A stretch of 60,055 nucleotides of DNA from Spongospora subterranea f. sp. subterranea (taxonomy: Eukaryota). The translations under genes and the position numbers were made by a program. Of this stretch, positions 35,128-45,837 are shown piece by piece; within the stretch, counting starts at the first letter, position 1; each line of letters begins with the position of its first letter. The notes under the pieces were generated by a model, which saw only the letters and a list, made by a program, of their open reading frames with translations, ran no database searches and was not told the DNA's origin. Location: positions 62,001-122,055 of the forward strand of contig JAUGWO010000053.1 of the NCBI GenBank assembly GCA_049724395.1. The letters run 5' to 3'.

Positions 35128-36771
35128 TTATATCTTGGTCAAATACAAGATGAAGGATTGTTTTGCTTTCTCCAACACAAACCCGTTCTCTTCAAACATC
35201 TTTGCAAATCGTGGCGATATCTTGAGAGAAAACAAGTCACCGTGTCCCGCTCCCAGTGCCAAGACCCGATTCTGATATATCTTCACTTTCCTGCCCGTTT
35301 CGTTTAATGTATTGATCAGCTGCTCGACTAACTGAACCTGCATCGAGTCGGAAAAACTGAAACACATGCTGCGATGAATGGCGATCTGGTCTTTGATGTA
35401 AATCAATGCCAAAATATCGTGCCAATTGCTTACAAAAGCTTTCAGACGCTCCTTGTAAAGATCCCACAAATATTGAGCTAAAAGTGATGACTTGTTTGTG
35501 GAGAGAGACTTTGTTTGATCGGATAGTGCCTCCGTGACGTGGAGTTTTAACCTTTCGATGATGCTATCATTCTTGTTGTCGATGCAATTAGTTGCGATTT
35601 CAGCGACAACTTTGTCAAGAACGTCTTGACAATGACCTTGATTTAATTGCAAAGCTTTGACAATGTATAATGTTGGACCAATCAACCCGTTCAAAAATAT
35701 CTCCTCACGCGTAGTTGAGTTGGGATCAAGTAAAATCTTTTTGAAAATTTCTGCATGATGCCACTTCAACACAGCGTTGGGCTCGGCAAGAATCGCCCAT
35801 TCCGTCATCGTCGGAATATCATCGATATGACTGCGGGAAACTGTAACAACAGCTGCGTGAAGTTTGGAGTAAAACAAGGGTCCCGCATTTGTCGGAACCA
35901 CAGGTGCTGCGGCTTTGATATTTTCTTGAAGCACGGGAAAGTACTCACGATACTGCGATCGATGTGAATCAACACAGAATATATCTCGCAACCATTCGAC
36001 CGCAACGGGTGGGTCCCAGAGTAGAAACAGATGCAGCGGGTAAAGGAAGAAACGTGACACACCAATAATTTTGTCATGGATAACTTCCCAGCCATCATTA
36101 CTGAGAATTGTACTTTTCAACTGCAGCAGATATCGATTGTTTAAAGCTGAAGTGAGTGTCGCAATAAATAATGGAGCAAAAGCTTCGAAAGAGTCTCTGT
36201 CCGAACGCTCAGCAAAAGCTTCGAAAGAGTCCCTGTCCGAACGCTCAGAATCAAGAGACCATTGAGAATTGAGGGACAACTCCAATGAGAGGGGATGTGC
36301 AGAGTTGGCAGGAACTAACGGAGGTAATATGGCATCAGAATTGTGACCATTGTTCGCACCATCAGGACTTAAAGGAAATAGTGTGGATATTTTTGGTTGA
36401 TTATTCCATTTCACTATTGCATTATCAACGTGGCAAATCGATTGAGAATTCAGAGACAATTTCAATCCCAAACAATCGGAAGATTGGGGAGGATCTATCC
36501 CAGACAATGAGGCATATGAGGATGGGGGATTGCTTGATGATGAGGCACAATAAGCGAATTCAGGAACAGCTGACGAGCTTCCAGGTGGTAGATCAATACT
36601 GGCCGAACATATTGATAGTCGTCGGTTCAGAAGTCCCTGCTCGATGAAAGACGGTGACGCAACGCCTTTCTCACCAAAAGGAGATATTTTTTCCCTTATC
36701 GGTCGATGACGAAGTGGCCCAGCGCTTACAGCACTAGCTATGCAGAATATGGATATCATCACGAATACCAT
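35128..36771 (-). CDS. Secreted protein (candidate effector), 547 aa
   Basis: Signal-peptide-like MVFVMISIFCIASAVSA; Ser/Pro-rich linker with a 36-bp tandem duplication (ERSDRDSFEAFA x2); helical-looking C-terminal region; intact intronless ORF. Confidence 0.8.
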   Translation of the reverse strand: MVFVMISIFCIASAVSAGPLRHRPIREKISPFGEKGVASPSFIEQGLLNRRLSICSASIDLPPGSSSAVPEFAYCASSSSNPPSSYASLSGIDPPQSSDCLGLKLSLNSQSICHVDNAIVKWNNQPKISTLFPLSPDGANNGHNSDAILPPLVPANSAHPLSLELSLNSQWSLDSERSDRDSFEAFAERSDRDSFEAFAPLFIATLTSALNNRYLLQLKSTILSNDGWEVIHDKIIGVSRFFLYPLHLFLLWDPPVAVEWLRDIFCVDSHRSQYREYFPVLQENIKAAAPVVPTNAGPLFYSKLHAAVVTVSRSHIDDIPTMTEWAILAEPNAVLKWHHAEIFKKILLDPNSTTREEIFLNGLIGPTLYIVKALQLNQGHCQDVLDKVVAEIATNCIDNKNDSIIERLKLHVTEALSDQTKSLSTNKSSLLAQYLWDLYKERLKAFVSNWHDILALIYIKDQIAIHRSMCFSFSDSMQVQLVEQLINTLNETGRKVKIYQNRVLALGAGHGDLFSLKISPRFAKMFEENGFVLEKAKQSFILYLTKI

Positions 36772-37485
36772 CGTCGTCGGAAATGGGGAGAACTCCTTGG
36801 CTTTGTCAGGTCCGTATTACGGACCAAAACAACTTATCCGACAGAGCCGACTCATTCAACAGTCGACTGATTCACCACGGACATCAAAGGGCCACGCGTT
36901 TCAGCTGTCGATTAATGGCCCTGGATGTTGATATCCATCGACCTGTATTTACATAGGCAGCGAACAATGACCAAACTATGCACTGAAAAGGGTAACCTGA
37001 ACCAATACCCCAATCTTTTTAGCTGTCCTGTAAAAAGGATCGGAAAGACAAAGCCACTCCAAACACCTGGGGTGAACGAATTGCACAGTATCCCTCAAAC
37101 GGATGCCTGTGATCACATTCACTGAACTGAACAGGAACCCAGGAACAGTACCTCTGAATAGGCAAGAGAAACGAAGTAAGCAAACTATAGAAAACACAAA
37201 ATGCAACAAAAGAGTAGCACACAATATGCATGGGCTGTATTGATTTTTTAGTTGGTACCAAGTAGTACCAACCCACGCACCTTTTCTATTTTTGATGTAA
37301 TGAACGGTCGCGATCAACTGACAATTCCGTGACTGTGCGCTGCCTTGACGTTTTGATTGTTGGTGAGGGACTACGATCGCCCGAACTTCGCATTTTCGAT
37401 TAGCTCGTGGCAAGATGAAGAAGAAAATGTTTCAATTTTTTGATTTGTCGCAATATTGACGGAGTAGATTCTTTTTATAGATACA

Positions 37486-38760
37486 TGTTAGGAACACTCC
37501 CATATATTCCTAAAGTTCGCGGCTCCGCCGCAGTTTCCGACAAGAATGACCTCTGGCTGGTCATTCTTGTCAACTCCTTGCATAGTCTGTATTAATACAC
37601 TTCGGATTATTACAACGGATCTGGTTCCTCCTAACAGTTTGACAAGAATTATCTTCACGGTTTACGCCCCACTTTCAAGACCATCTTCACGGTTTACGCA
37701 TCGCTTTCATCCGATCTGCTCTCTAGCCGCGAGCGATCTGAGTCAGTTCCAGCCAGGCCGCACGACCATAGAGGTTTCCAGGTACCGACGGAACCTCCCC
37801 AGTTTGCTCAACCTTTGACGCCGGAGATCCAAGCGGTACTACAGGCAGCGGTCTCTCAGCAACAGCAACAGTTCCAACGACAGTTGCAGGAATTGTCGCA
37901 GCACTAGCAGCAGCGGCTGACCTTGCCAGAACTTAAAGTCCGCCTCCCAGATCCTTTCGACGGTTCCCGATCCACCCTGCGAGGTTTTATCAACCAAATA
38001 TCAATGGTCATCACCCGTAAACCCAGGACATACGGCACGGATTCCGACAAGGTGATGTTGGTTGGCGACCTTCTCTCAGGAAACGCTTTGCTGTGGTTCT
38101 CACCAATTTTTGAGCGACGGGATCCGTTGCTCCAGGATTTTGTCAGATTCATTGACGCGTTACGGGCACGGTTTGAGGATCCGAACAAAGCAGTTACAGC
38201 CGCACGACGATTGGAGGCGCTGCGCCAAGGTCGCCGCCCAGTCGCCACGTATGCCAGCGAGTTTCAGCTGCTGGTCACCGACGCAGGTTGGGACGGCGCT
38301 GCGACGCTACATCAGTTCCGAAAGGGGCTCAACGAGGATGTGAAAGATCTGCTGTTGACATGGCCGGAGCAAGCCGACTTGCTCGCCCTAATCATGACGG
38401 CCATCAGATGCGGCGATCTCCTTTTTGAACGCGCCCAGGAGCGTCGAGGTCATTGGCAAGTACACCCACAGCGCCACCCCGAGGTCGATTCTGGGTCCGA
38501 CTCCATGATGGTCGATTCGTTCAGAACCACCGGCCGCCCGCGACTGGATGAGTCGGAACGAACACGCCGCCGGGAACACAATTTGTGCAGATATTGTGGA
38601 GATGCTGGCCACTTTACCGTAGCCTGCCCCCTATTGGCGAACCGAAACCGTTTTTCATCCAATACATCATCATTTTCGACCTATAATGCTGAGCCACCTC
38701 TCCGAGTAGCATCGTCATGTGTGGATAACTCGTGCGAGACATTATTCAGTTCCCTTATTA
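37486..38760 (+). mobile_element. Truncated Ty3/gypsy LTR retrotransposon: probable 5' LTR (37486-37614) plus gag
   Basis: TGTTA...TTACA LTR-like segment. Gag motifs LPDPFDG, LRQGRRPVATYASEF, FRKGLNEDVKD and zinc knuckle CRYCGDAGHFTVAC. Premature TAG near 37904; no pol. Confidence 0.85.
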
Positions 38761-38978
38761 TGGCACCAATCCCAATCCACCCAACTTGTCAGGAATATTC
38801 CAGGCAATATTCCTGACAGTACGGCGTGCGGAGTCCGAAGCTAGGTCATTCCGGATTACCTCTTTGATAAAGAAGCTTTGCGCTGGTCTGTTGATCGTCA
38901 TCAGCAATTCGGGTTCCTTTGTCGGGGTGTTCGTAACAGCCGTTCTCAGCAATCTGTTTCTGTCCGAAGGGGCTCCTG

Positions 38979-39472
38979 TGTCATGATCCAAAAGTCTTAA
39001 GGTATATAAGGACCCGAGAATGATGGCCTGGTGCCATCATAGTACCTTTTGGGTCAGTTGGTAACTGTGTATCTCGGGCGCAGTTCCTAACAGTATGATG
39101 GCTATCAAGGTCGCGTGTTCGATTCCTCTAATGTTCACAGCATTTTTGGGGTCGCTCGCGGCTTACATGTAACCGGCATGGGGGTTGCCAGCATTTATAT
39201 ACCTTTCGTGGGCTGACTTCCCCGCCTGACTGGAGTTCTTCGTCTCTCTCCTCCTTGTTCGTCTCTCTTCTCTTTGTTCGCTCACCAGTCAGAGGATAAT
39301 CTAGGAAGTCGCACGGGGGCTGGAAGGTCATGGGGGTCGCTCCTAAACAGGGGGATACTGTCATGATCCAAAAGTCTTAAGGTATATAAGGACCCGAGAA
39401 TGATGGCCTGGTGCCATCATAGTACCTTTTGGGTCAGTTGGTAACTGTGTATCTCGGGCGCAGTTCCTAACA
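38979..39472 (+). mobile_element. TRIM (miniature non-autonomous LTR element), 494 bp
   Basis: Identical 114-bp TG...CA LTRs (38979-39092 and 39359-39472), 5-bp TSD TCCTG on both sides, purine tract AAACAGGGGGA before the 3' LTR, non-coding interior. Confidence 0.95.
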
Positions 39473-40378
39473 TCCTGGAGTGGTTCCATTGTGTCCCCTG
39501 CCTCAGTCTTCCTTGTTCTGGTATTGGGTTCTTTTTCTTTTTTTTATTCCGCTACCATGGACGTTGATGCTCCCCCGTCATACGAACAACTAATGGAGGC
39601 CTACCAACAACAGCGGCAATCTAACCTTAATTTGCAGAAAGAGTTGGCGGCCGCCGTGCAAGTGCTCAGAAACGTCCAAGACAACCAACGCCCAGCTCAC
39701 CAAGACGACCGAAAGGGAGAGATCGAGATGTTGCGCCAGGAAGCGGCGACAATTGAGTAAATTACGGGCGATGAACTCGAACGTCGGCCCAAAACTAGCG
39801 ACCCCAGAGAAATTCCATGGAAATCGAGCAAGTTTCCGTGCCTTCTTCAACCAGGTAAACCTTTTGGTAAAGCTTCCGTCAAATAGGCATTGGTCCGACA
39901 CAGACCGGGTGGGTTTCCTGGTCAGCTTATTGAAGGGCCCTGCATTGGATTGGGTATCGCCTTTGATGGAGGTGAACGATGCTGTTTTACACGATTGGAA
40001 GCAGTTCACAAGACTGTTCAAAATTTTCGACGATCCGGACCGCACACGTTCGGCGGAGACCAAGTTAGAGATCCTTCGCTAGGGGCGGCGCTCAGCAGCG
40101 ACTTAAGCGGCTGAATTTCGGATGCTGGCGGTCGACAGAGCATGGAATGAACAAGCCAGGGCTCATCGTTTCAGGACAGGGCTTAATGAAGACGTGAAAG
40201 ACGATTTAGCAAGGGCTCCGTTACCTGTAGACCTGGAGGATTTTATCACATTGTCCATACGTATTGACGCTAGGCTGGAGGAACAGCGTCAGGAGCGATC
40301 CGGGCGAGGTGAAGCGCGTTATCGGTTTGCGCCGTCAAGACAAAATGAGAACGAGCTTATGATCATCGACGCGCTCGA

Positions 40379-40530
40379 TGTCAGGAATGTTAATACAAAC
40401 GATGTTAATAGTAAACGACGTTGTCCGAACTGAGCATTTGCCCAGTTCGGACGGTACGCTTCAATCGTTTATCAATAATATACGCTGTCAGTAGTACGGT
40501 CGGTAGTACGGTCGTCGTACGGTCGTGACA
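40379..40530. mobile_element. 152-bp solo LTR inserted in gag
   Basis: TGTCAGGA...CGTGACA termini, flanked by CTCGA / CTCAA (5-bp TSD, one mismatch). Confidence 0.75.
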
Positions 40531-40630
40531 CTCAAGGCAACGGATCAGCGGGAATCCCGGTTTAAGCATCAATTATGTTTGTATTGCGGAGCTCCGGGAC
40601 ATCGCATTGCGGATGGTGAGCGCCGGAAAC

Positions 40631-40678
40631 AGGGAAATGCTTTAGGTCGCCGGGCGTAGGGCGTGCGCGGTCGACCTT
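40631..40678 (+). promoter_or_regulatory. Putative -1 ribosomal frameshift signal at the gag/pro junction
   Basis: G GGA AAT heptamer just after the zinc knuckle, followed by a GC-rich stem AGGTCG...CGACCT. Confidence 0.55.
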
Positions 40679-41023
40679 TAACCATACAGTTGAATCTCAA
40701 GCAAAACCGCCTGTTTTCCCACTACTACGTATTTCAGCAACAGCTATCATTCAAAACAACCCGGAAGCTCCATTAGTATCCAAGATTACCTTCCAAGATT
40801 CCCAGTCTGGAAGTTTGCTGTCGACGGCAGCATTCATCGATTCTGGAACAGCGTCGATATTCATGGACAAAACATTTTCCATCAATCACCGGATCGGATC
40901 AACGAGGCTAGCCGTCGCGATTCCTTTGGAAGTCATCGATGGGCGAAGGTTAGAACCTATTACACGAGTGACACGTTCATATGAGGTGCGACTAAATGAC
41001 ATCAGCTTGACTTCAAACTCCTA

Positions 41024-41874
41024 TTTTTTTTTGTGATTGTGCTCGGCATTTTGGTGCCAGGTGGTGTCAAAGCACATTCGCTAGACAATATTACCTTCGC
41101 TGAATGTTCTGCAGTCTGACCGACATCGTGATAGTGTGAGGTTGATCCCATGACCCGACTCACTAAAACCCCCTAACCATTGGTTGGACACGGGGGAAAT
41201 TCCCTGTACGGAACATCACAATGCCTTGAACCCAAGTCGCATCATTACAAATCAGCTGTCTATTTTTCAAAAGGTTCGTTCCTCGCATGCTCAACAACCT
41301 GCGCTCTACTTCCGTATTAGCTGGCCAACCTTAGAGTATTCCCCAAAATCCCTGCCCACTGGGTTTTCGAACCCAAGTCTTACACTGACTTGGTCTCTAA
41401 CCTGCCACCAACCGGGACAGACCAGAATCAAGCTATAAACTTCCATCTCATTTTTTTTTTGTGATTGTGTTCGGCATTTTGGTGCCAGGTTTGTAGTACC
41501 CATATCTACAAGAGGGCCAAGACGAACTTGGTGTCAAAGCGCTGAATGTTCTGCAGTCTGCCGACATCGTGATAGTGTGAGGTTGATCCCATGACCCGAC
41601 TCACTAAAACCCCCTATCCATTGGTTGGACACGGGGGAAATTCCCTGTACGGAACACCACAATGCCTTGAACCCAAGTCGCATCATTACAAATCAGCTGT
41701 CTATTTTTCAAGAGGTTCGTTCCTCGCATGCTCAACAACCTGCGCTCTACTTCCGTATTAGCTGGCCAACCTTAGGGTATTCCCCAAAATCCCTGCCCAC
41801 GGGGTTTTCGAACTCAAGTCTCACACTGACTTGGTCCTAACCTGCCACCAACCGGGACAGACCAGAACCAAGCT
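41024..41874 (-). mobile_element. Two tandem ~410-420 bp poly(A)-tailed SINE-like retroposons
   Basis: Copies 41024-41434 and 41451-41874 each begin with a T-run on the + strand. The minus-strand head carries a B-box-like G(G/A)GTTCGAAAACC. A target-like motif (CTTC(T/C)ATCTCA) lies between and after the copies. Confidence 0.75.
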
Positions 41875-42180
41875 CTTCTATCTCATAGAGTCGCCGACGT
41901 TTCCAATCGTACTGGGCATCATTTGGCTCCGTCAAACAAACCCTGAAATCAACTGGGGTACAGACGAGATGTGCAAAAGAAAATCGGTGTCAGTTATGCA
42001 GGTTAATCACTGCCACACAACGGATATTAGTGAGCATTGTCTTCCGGAGAAGTACGCAGCATTCGCCGATGTTTTCGACAAGTCGGTTGCGGATAAATTA
42101 CCCGCTCACCGAGAGATCGATTGCGCAATTAATTTCAGGAGCGATACCGGTTCGCTACCAAATAGACCGGTATCCAGAAC

Positions 42181-45100
42181 GGCCTATCCTCTCTACCGCG
42201 CGCGGCACAACCGCGCGAGATGCTTGGACATTCGCACAATAGGGTACACTATTGACTGTGACACAGTCTAATGCAAAGATATATATTGCACTGAGCGAGG
42301 ATTGCGGATCGCAGTTTAGGGTTGCGGATCACGTCATATGCCGAATCGATTCTCTCTTCATCTAGCGTCTTCTGTTTCAGTTTCAACAATGCAATCTTCG
42401 AGGTGGGGATTATTTCTACATATAATTAACGGTTCAATTATCTCTGATGGTTTTTGTTTAGTCAACTATCGCCTAGCACTTATGCTGCCGTCGCTGAGAT
42501 GGCTGTATGGGAAAGGTGTTTTATTGTAATCGCATACTGTTCTTCACCTTAACTCCTCTATAGTGATTCATCAGTAATCGCCGGTGATGTTTATCCATGC
42601 GATAGTGCCTCTTTTGATGCGAGGTATATCAATAGCTTTGTTGTCTTTATAATGGTTTATTAATTCTTGTACTCAGTCGTTGTCCATCGCAAATTCGCTC
42701 GCCCGGTGATGTTTATCCAGGCGATACATTCATGGTCTACCAGGATCTGCTGTCCAAAATCCAAACTTTTGCGAGGTCACAAAATTTTCACGTCAACCGA
42801 AGCCCTCATCGAATGGATGCTCAGCGGGCAGTGAAATTGTTTGGGGTAGAGTCAATTGTCCAGCGCGGACGGTTTTATTGCAGACACGCTGCTTGTCCGT
42901 ATCAAGTCTTGTTCACTTACGATTTTGCCAAAAACGTGTACATCATCAAGGAAAAGGGGTTCCGTCCCACACATTCCCACCCTTTGAACGCGGTCGTCAG
43001 TGTGCGAGGGGTCTCGTTTGCTCAAGTTCAACAAGACCTTACGCCGCAAGAGCTATATCTGATTCGGCAAGCCGGCCCAGCGTTGGGTTTGCCGCAATTG
43101 CGGAAGATGATGCATCGTTTTTTTGAAAATAGAGAATACTCTAGTCAGCTCCTTCATCGCGTAGTGGCCGAAGCGAAAAGAGAGATTTATGGGAATGACC
43201 CCGATTCCATGAACGAATTTATGAAATTTGGGGCGAAACTAATATCCGGAGAAGGTGTTTTCCACATAGGATACGACATTTCAGCAAGAATTGTCAGCGC
43301 CATTATCCAATTTCCATGCATGGTGCCATACGCTCTGCAGTACGGAGATTTCACTGTCGCCGATGCCACCTTCAACATTTCTGCTTACAACCTTGTGTTG
43401 ATTGTATTCACAAATGTTGATTGCTTAGGCAAGAGCACGATATCTGCAATAACCCTAGCACCGTCGGAAACCGCTTCTATTATCGAAGAAAGCCTGCAGT
43501 TGTGTAGCCTTGCTCAGCCGGAATCGACATTGATATCGGACGGGGCAGTCGCGTACTATACTGTTTCGGAAAGCCTCAACATGAAGCACAAACTCTGCGT
43601 GCATCATTTCTCAAGAGGGATGTTTTCCGCTGCTGCGTCTCTCCCGGAGAAGTTGTCGACAGAGTTCAACAAACTTTGCTCGACTTTGCTCTATGAAATT
43701 CTGGATCCAGATTCGTTCAATCAGATTGTGGACCATCTGGTAAACCGTTGCAATTGTTTTGAGAAAGCTCTGAACTTTATAACGAAACTATGCGAAGATT
43801 CCGAGAGAATTTGCCCAACGTTTTCTTCCCGAATTTTTTCGGCTGGACACGTGTCCACTCAACGAGCTGAATCTAACAACGCACGAATCAAGACGTCTGG
43901 CATTGATATCAGAAAGTTTAACTTGTTGGAGCTTGTCAAGCACCTCGAAGCACTCGTGACTCGGCAAGAACTGGAAGCCGTTTCTGAAATTCGAAAAAAT
44001 GTTCTTCAATCGCATCGCTGGAGTTCCTATGTAGACAAATTGTGGACCAACCAGTTGTTGCTTGCGGACCAGTACTGTTCTACTTTCAATGGTGCGCATT
44101 GGCAGGTTCGTCGTCATGATGGCTCCGGCGGCGAATCTTTAGTAGTTGTTCCAGGTCACGAAACAGAAGCAGTTCCCAGCTGTGTTTGCGGGTTTTACAC
44201 GTCGTCCTTGATCCCATGTCGGCATATTGCTGCGGTTTTTGCCAATCTTAATCGTCCCATGCGTGATGTCAAGAATCTGGCACCCCGATGGAGGTTGGAC
44301 AGACATCCGCTGTACCGTTCTGTCATAGAATCGTTGGGATTGTCCTCAGGTGATGCCTCATCTGTTCACTCTTCACCAGAAGCCATGGATATGGAGTCAG
44401 CACATGTTTTGCATTCATCGCCAATTGACTTGGATGTGTACCAACAATTGTACTGCCCTACCCACAAGGCTCAGCGTTTTCGAAAGCTGATGGATTTAGC
44501 GAACGAACTTGTGAAATCAGCAGAAGATGCTGGTACACATGGGTTCAAGATGACGACTCTTGCATTAACTAAGCAAATCAATCGTAACCGCAGTCTAATT
44601 CGTGCAAATGAACCGGTCTGCTCCGGGTTGCCACCAATTCGAGCCCGTCCGCGGCCTGGTCGTGTCGCTTCGCAACCAAACGAGTCGCGTTTGGTGGTTA
44701 AGCCAAAGCGCCTGCCTGTGAATTGTCGATCGTGGCCATCGATCTGGAAGTTCTAGATGCCCACTCACAAGGCATCAGAGGGATCAGTCGTCTGTTGTTT
44801 CGCCTGGTAACTCAAGTTAGGATCGCTTGTTTTATTACTCTAATGTATGTCTCCCAGATGCAGAAATTGGCGACATGTCTTCCAAACCACGCGAACAATC
44901 CATTCGAGTGGCAGGTATGTTAAGGTTTCTTGGTGGATTTCATTATTGATTTAACCTCTTCAGAGTCCACTAGCGGGGTTGTTGTTGCCAGTATATTTGA
45001 CAATCACATTCCAGACACTACAGTTGTAGTAGCGTCCATTGCTACGATTCCTGAAAGTGTTGGCGATGAACATATTCCATTTTGTAGAGCCACAACGCAA

Positions 45101-45800
45101 AAGGTTGTCCGGCCTGAATCGTCATTGCTGCGAACAAGCGAGCGAAGCAGCGACTCGTCCAATGCTGTTCCATCCGAGTCTAGTGAGACTCAAGATCCCG
45201 AATCGGCGATGGAGGCGTTGAATTCCGAGATGCACTCCATCTTAGGTCGGATATGGCGAGACGTCTTTTTCCAAAGCGTCCAAATCGAAGGCACTGCGAG
45301 TGCTTCGAAAATATTCCAAGTACACAGGACATTTTATTTTCAAACGGTGGATGAGCAAAATCATAAATACATGATGTTAAGTGTTTAATTCAATATTTTG
45401 CGTGTGTTGAAAGAATTCAAGTTTAAAATAAATGCTGACCCCTATTTGCTACATGGAATAAAATAGAGTAGTTTGCGATTGAGTCTTTCCAAAGTACTCG
45501 CAGTGCTTTTGATGTTAACGCTTTCGAAAAGACGTCTCGGCATATCATAGTTAACCAGTTTCCGATAGATCCGATACCACTGTATACTGAAGGTCTATGG
45601 AGCGCACTGTGCGATATAGTTTTGCAATGAATTGACTGTGTCACAGTCATTAGTGTACCTTATTGTGCGAGTGTCCAAGCATCTCGCGCGGTTGAACCGC
45701 GCGCGGTTGGACCGCGCGCGGTAGAAAAAAGCCACCGCCTATTGTGCGAATGTCCAAGCATCTCGCGCGGTTGTACCGCGCGCGGTAGAGGGGATAGGCC
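42181..45800 (+). mobile_element. Mutator-like element with long TIRs
   Basis: GGCCTATCCTCTCTACCGCGCGCGG... at 42181 is mirrored by ...CCGCGCGCGGTAGAGGGGATAGGCC ending at 45800. A second internal TIR copy lies at ~45633-45725. No TSD visible. Confidence 0.9.
42732..44756 (+). CDS. MULE transposase (FAR1/WRKY-like zinc, DDE, SWIM), uninterrupted 674-aa ORF
   Basis: CRHAACPY...HSH, ADATFN, LISDG, LCVHH, RAESNN and SWIM CVCGFYTSSLIPCRH. Confidence 0.9.
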   Translation: MVYQDLLSKIQTFARSQNFHVNRSPHRMDAQRAVKLFGVESIVQRGRFYCRHAACPYQVLFTYDFAKNVYIIKEKGFRPTHSHPLNAVVSVRGVSFAQVQQDLTPQELYLIRQAGPALGLPQLRKMMHRFFENREYSSQLLHRVVAEAKREIYGNDPDSMNEFMKFGAKLISGEGVFHIGYDISARIVSAIIQFPCMVPYALQYGDFTVADATFNISAYNLVLIVFTNVDCLGKSTISAITLAPSETASIIEESLQLCSLAQPESTLISDGAVAYYTVSESLNMKHKLCVHHFSRGMFSAAASLPEKLSTEFNKLCSTLLYEILDPDSFNQIVDHLVNRCNCFEKALNFITKLCEDSERICPTFSSRIFSAGHVSTQRAESNNARIKTSGIDIRKFNLLELVKHLEALVTRQELEAVSEIRKNVLQSHRWSSYVDKLWTNQLLLADQYCSTFNGAHWQVRRHDGSGGESLVVVPGHETEAVPSCVCGFYTSSLIPCRHIAAVFANLNRPMRDVKNLAPRWRLDRHPLYRSVIESLGLSSGDASSVHSSPEAMDMESAHVLHSSPIDLDVYQQLYCPTHKAQRFRKLMDLANELVKSAEDAGTHGFKMTTLALTKQINRNRSLIRANEPVCSGLPPIRARPRPGRVASQPNESRLVVKPKRLPVNCRSWPSIWKF

Positions 45801-45837
45801 AGTATAGTAATCCACCTGACCAGTGTATACCGATGTA

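Larger units (their letters stand above)
39557..42175 (+). mobile_element. Degenerate Ty3/gypsy gag-pro element with nested insertions
   Basis: Gag PEKFHG, FRTGLNEDVKD and CLYCGAPGHRIA; protease AFIDSG; after the insertions IVLGIIWLRQTNPEINW and FADVF...LPAHR..DCAI; truncated at the MULE. Confidence 0.9.

Noticed and set aside
41161..41176. Telomerase RNA template or HDV ribozyme in the SINE-like element
   Set aside because: CTAAAACCCCCTAA does not fit a 1.5-repeat template, and the HDV P3/L3 elements could not be built.
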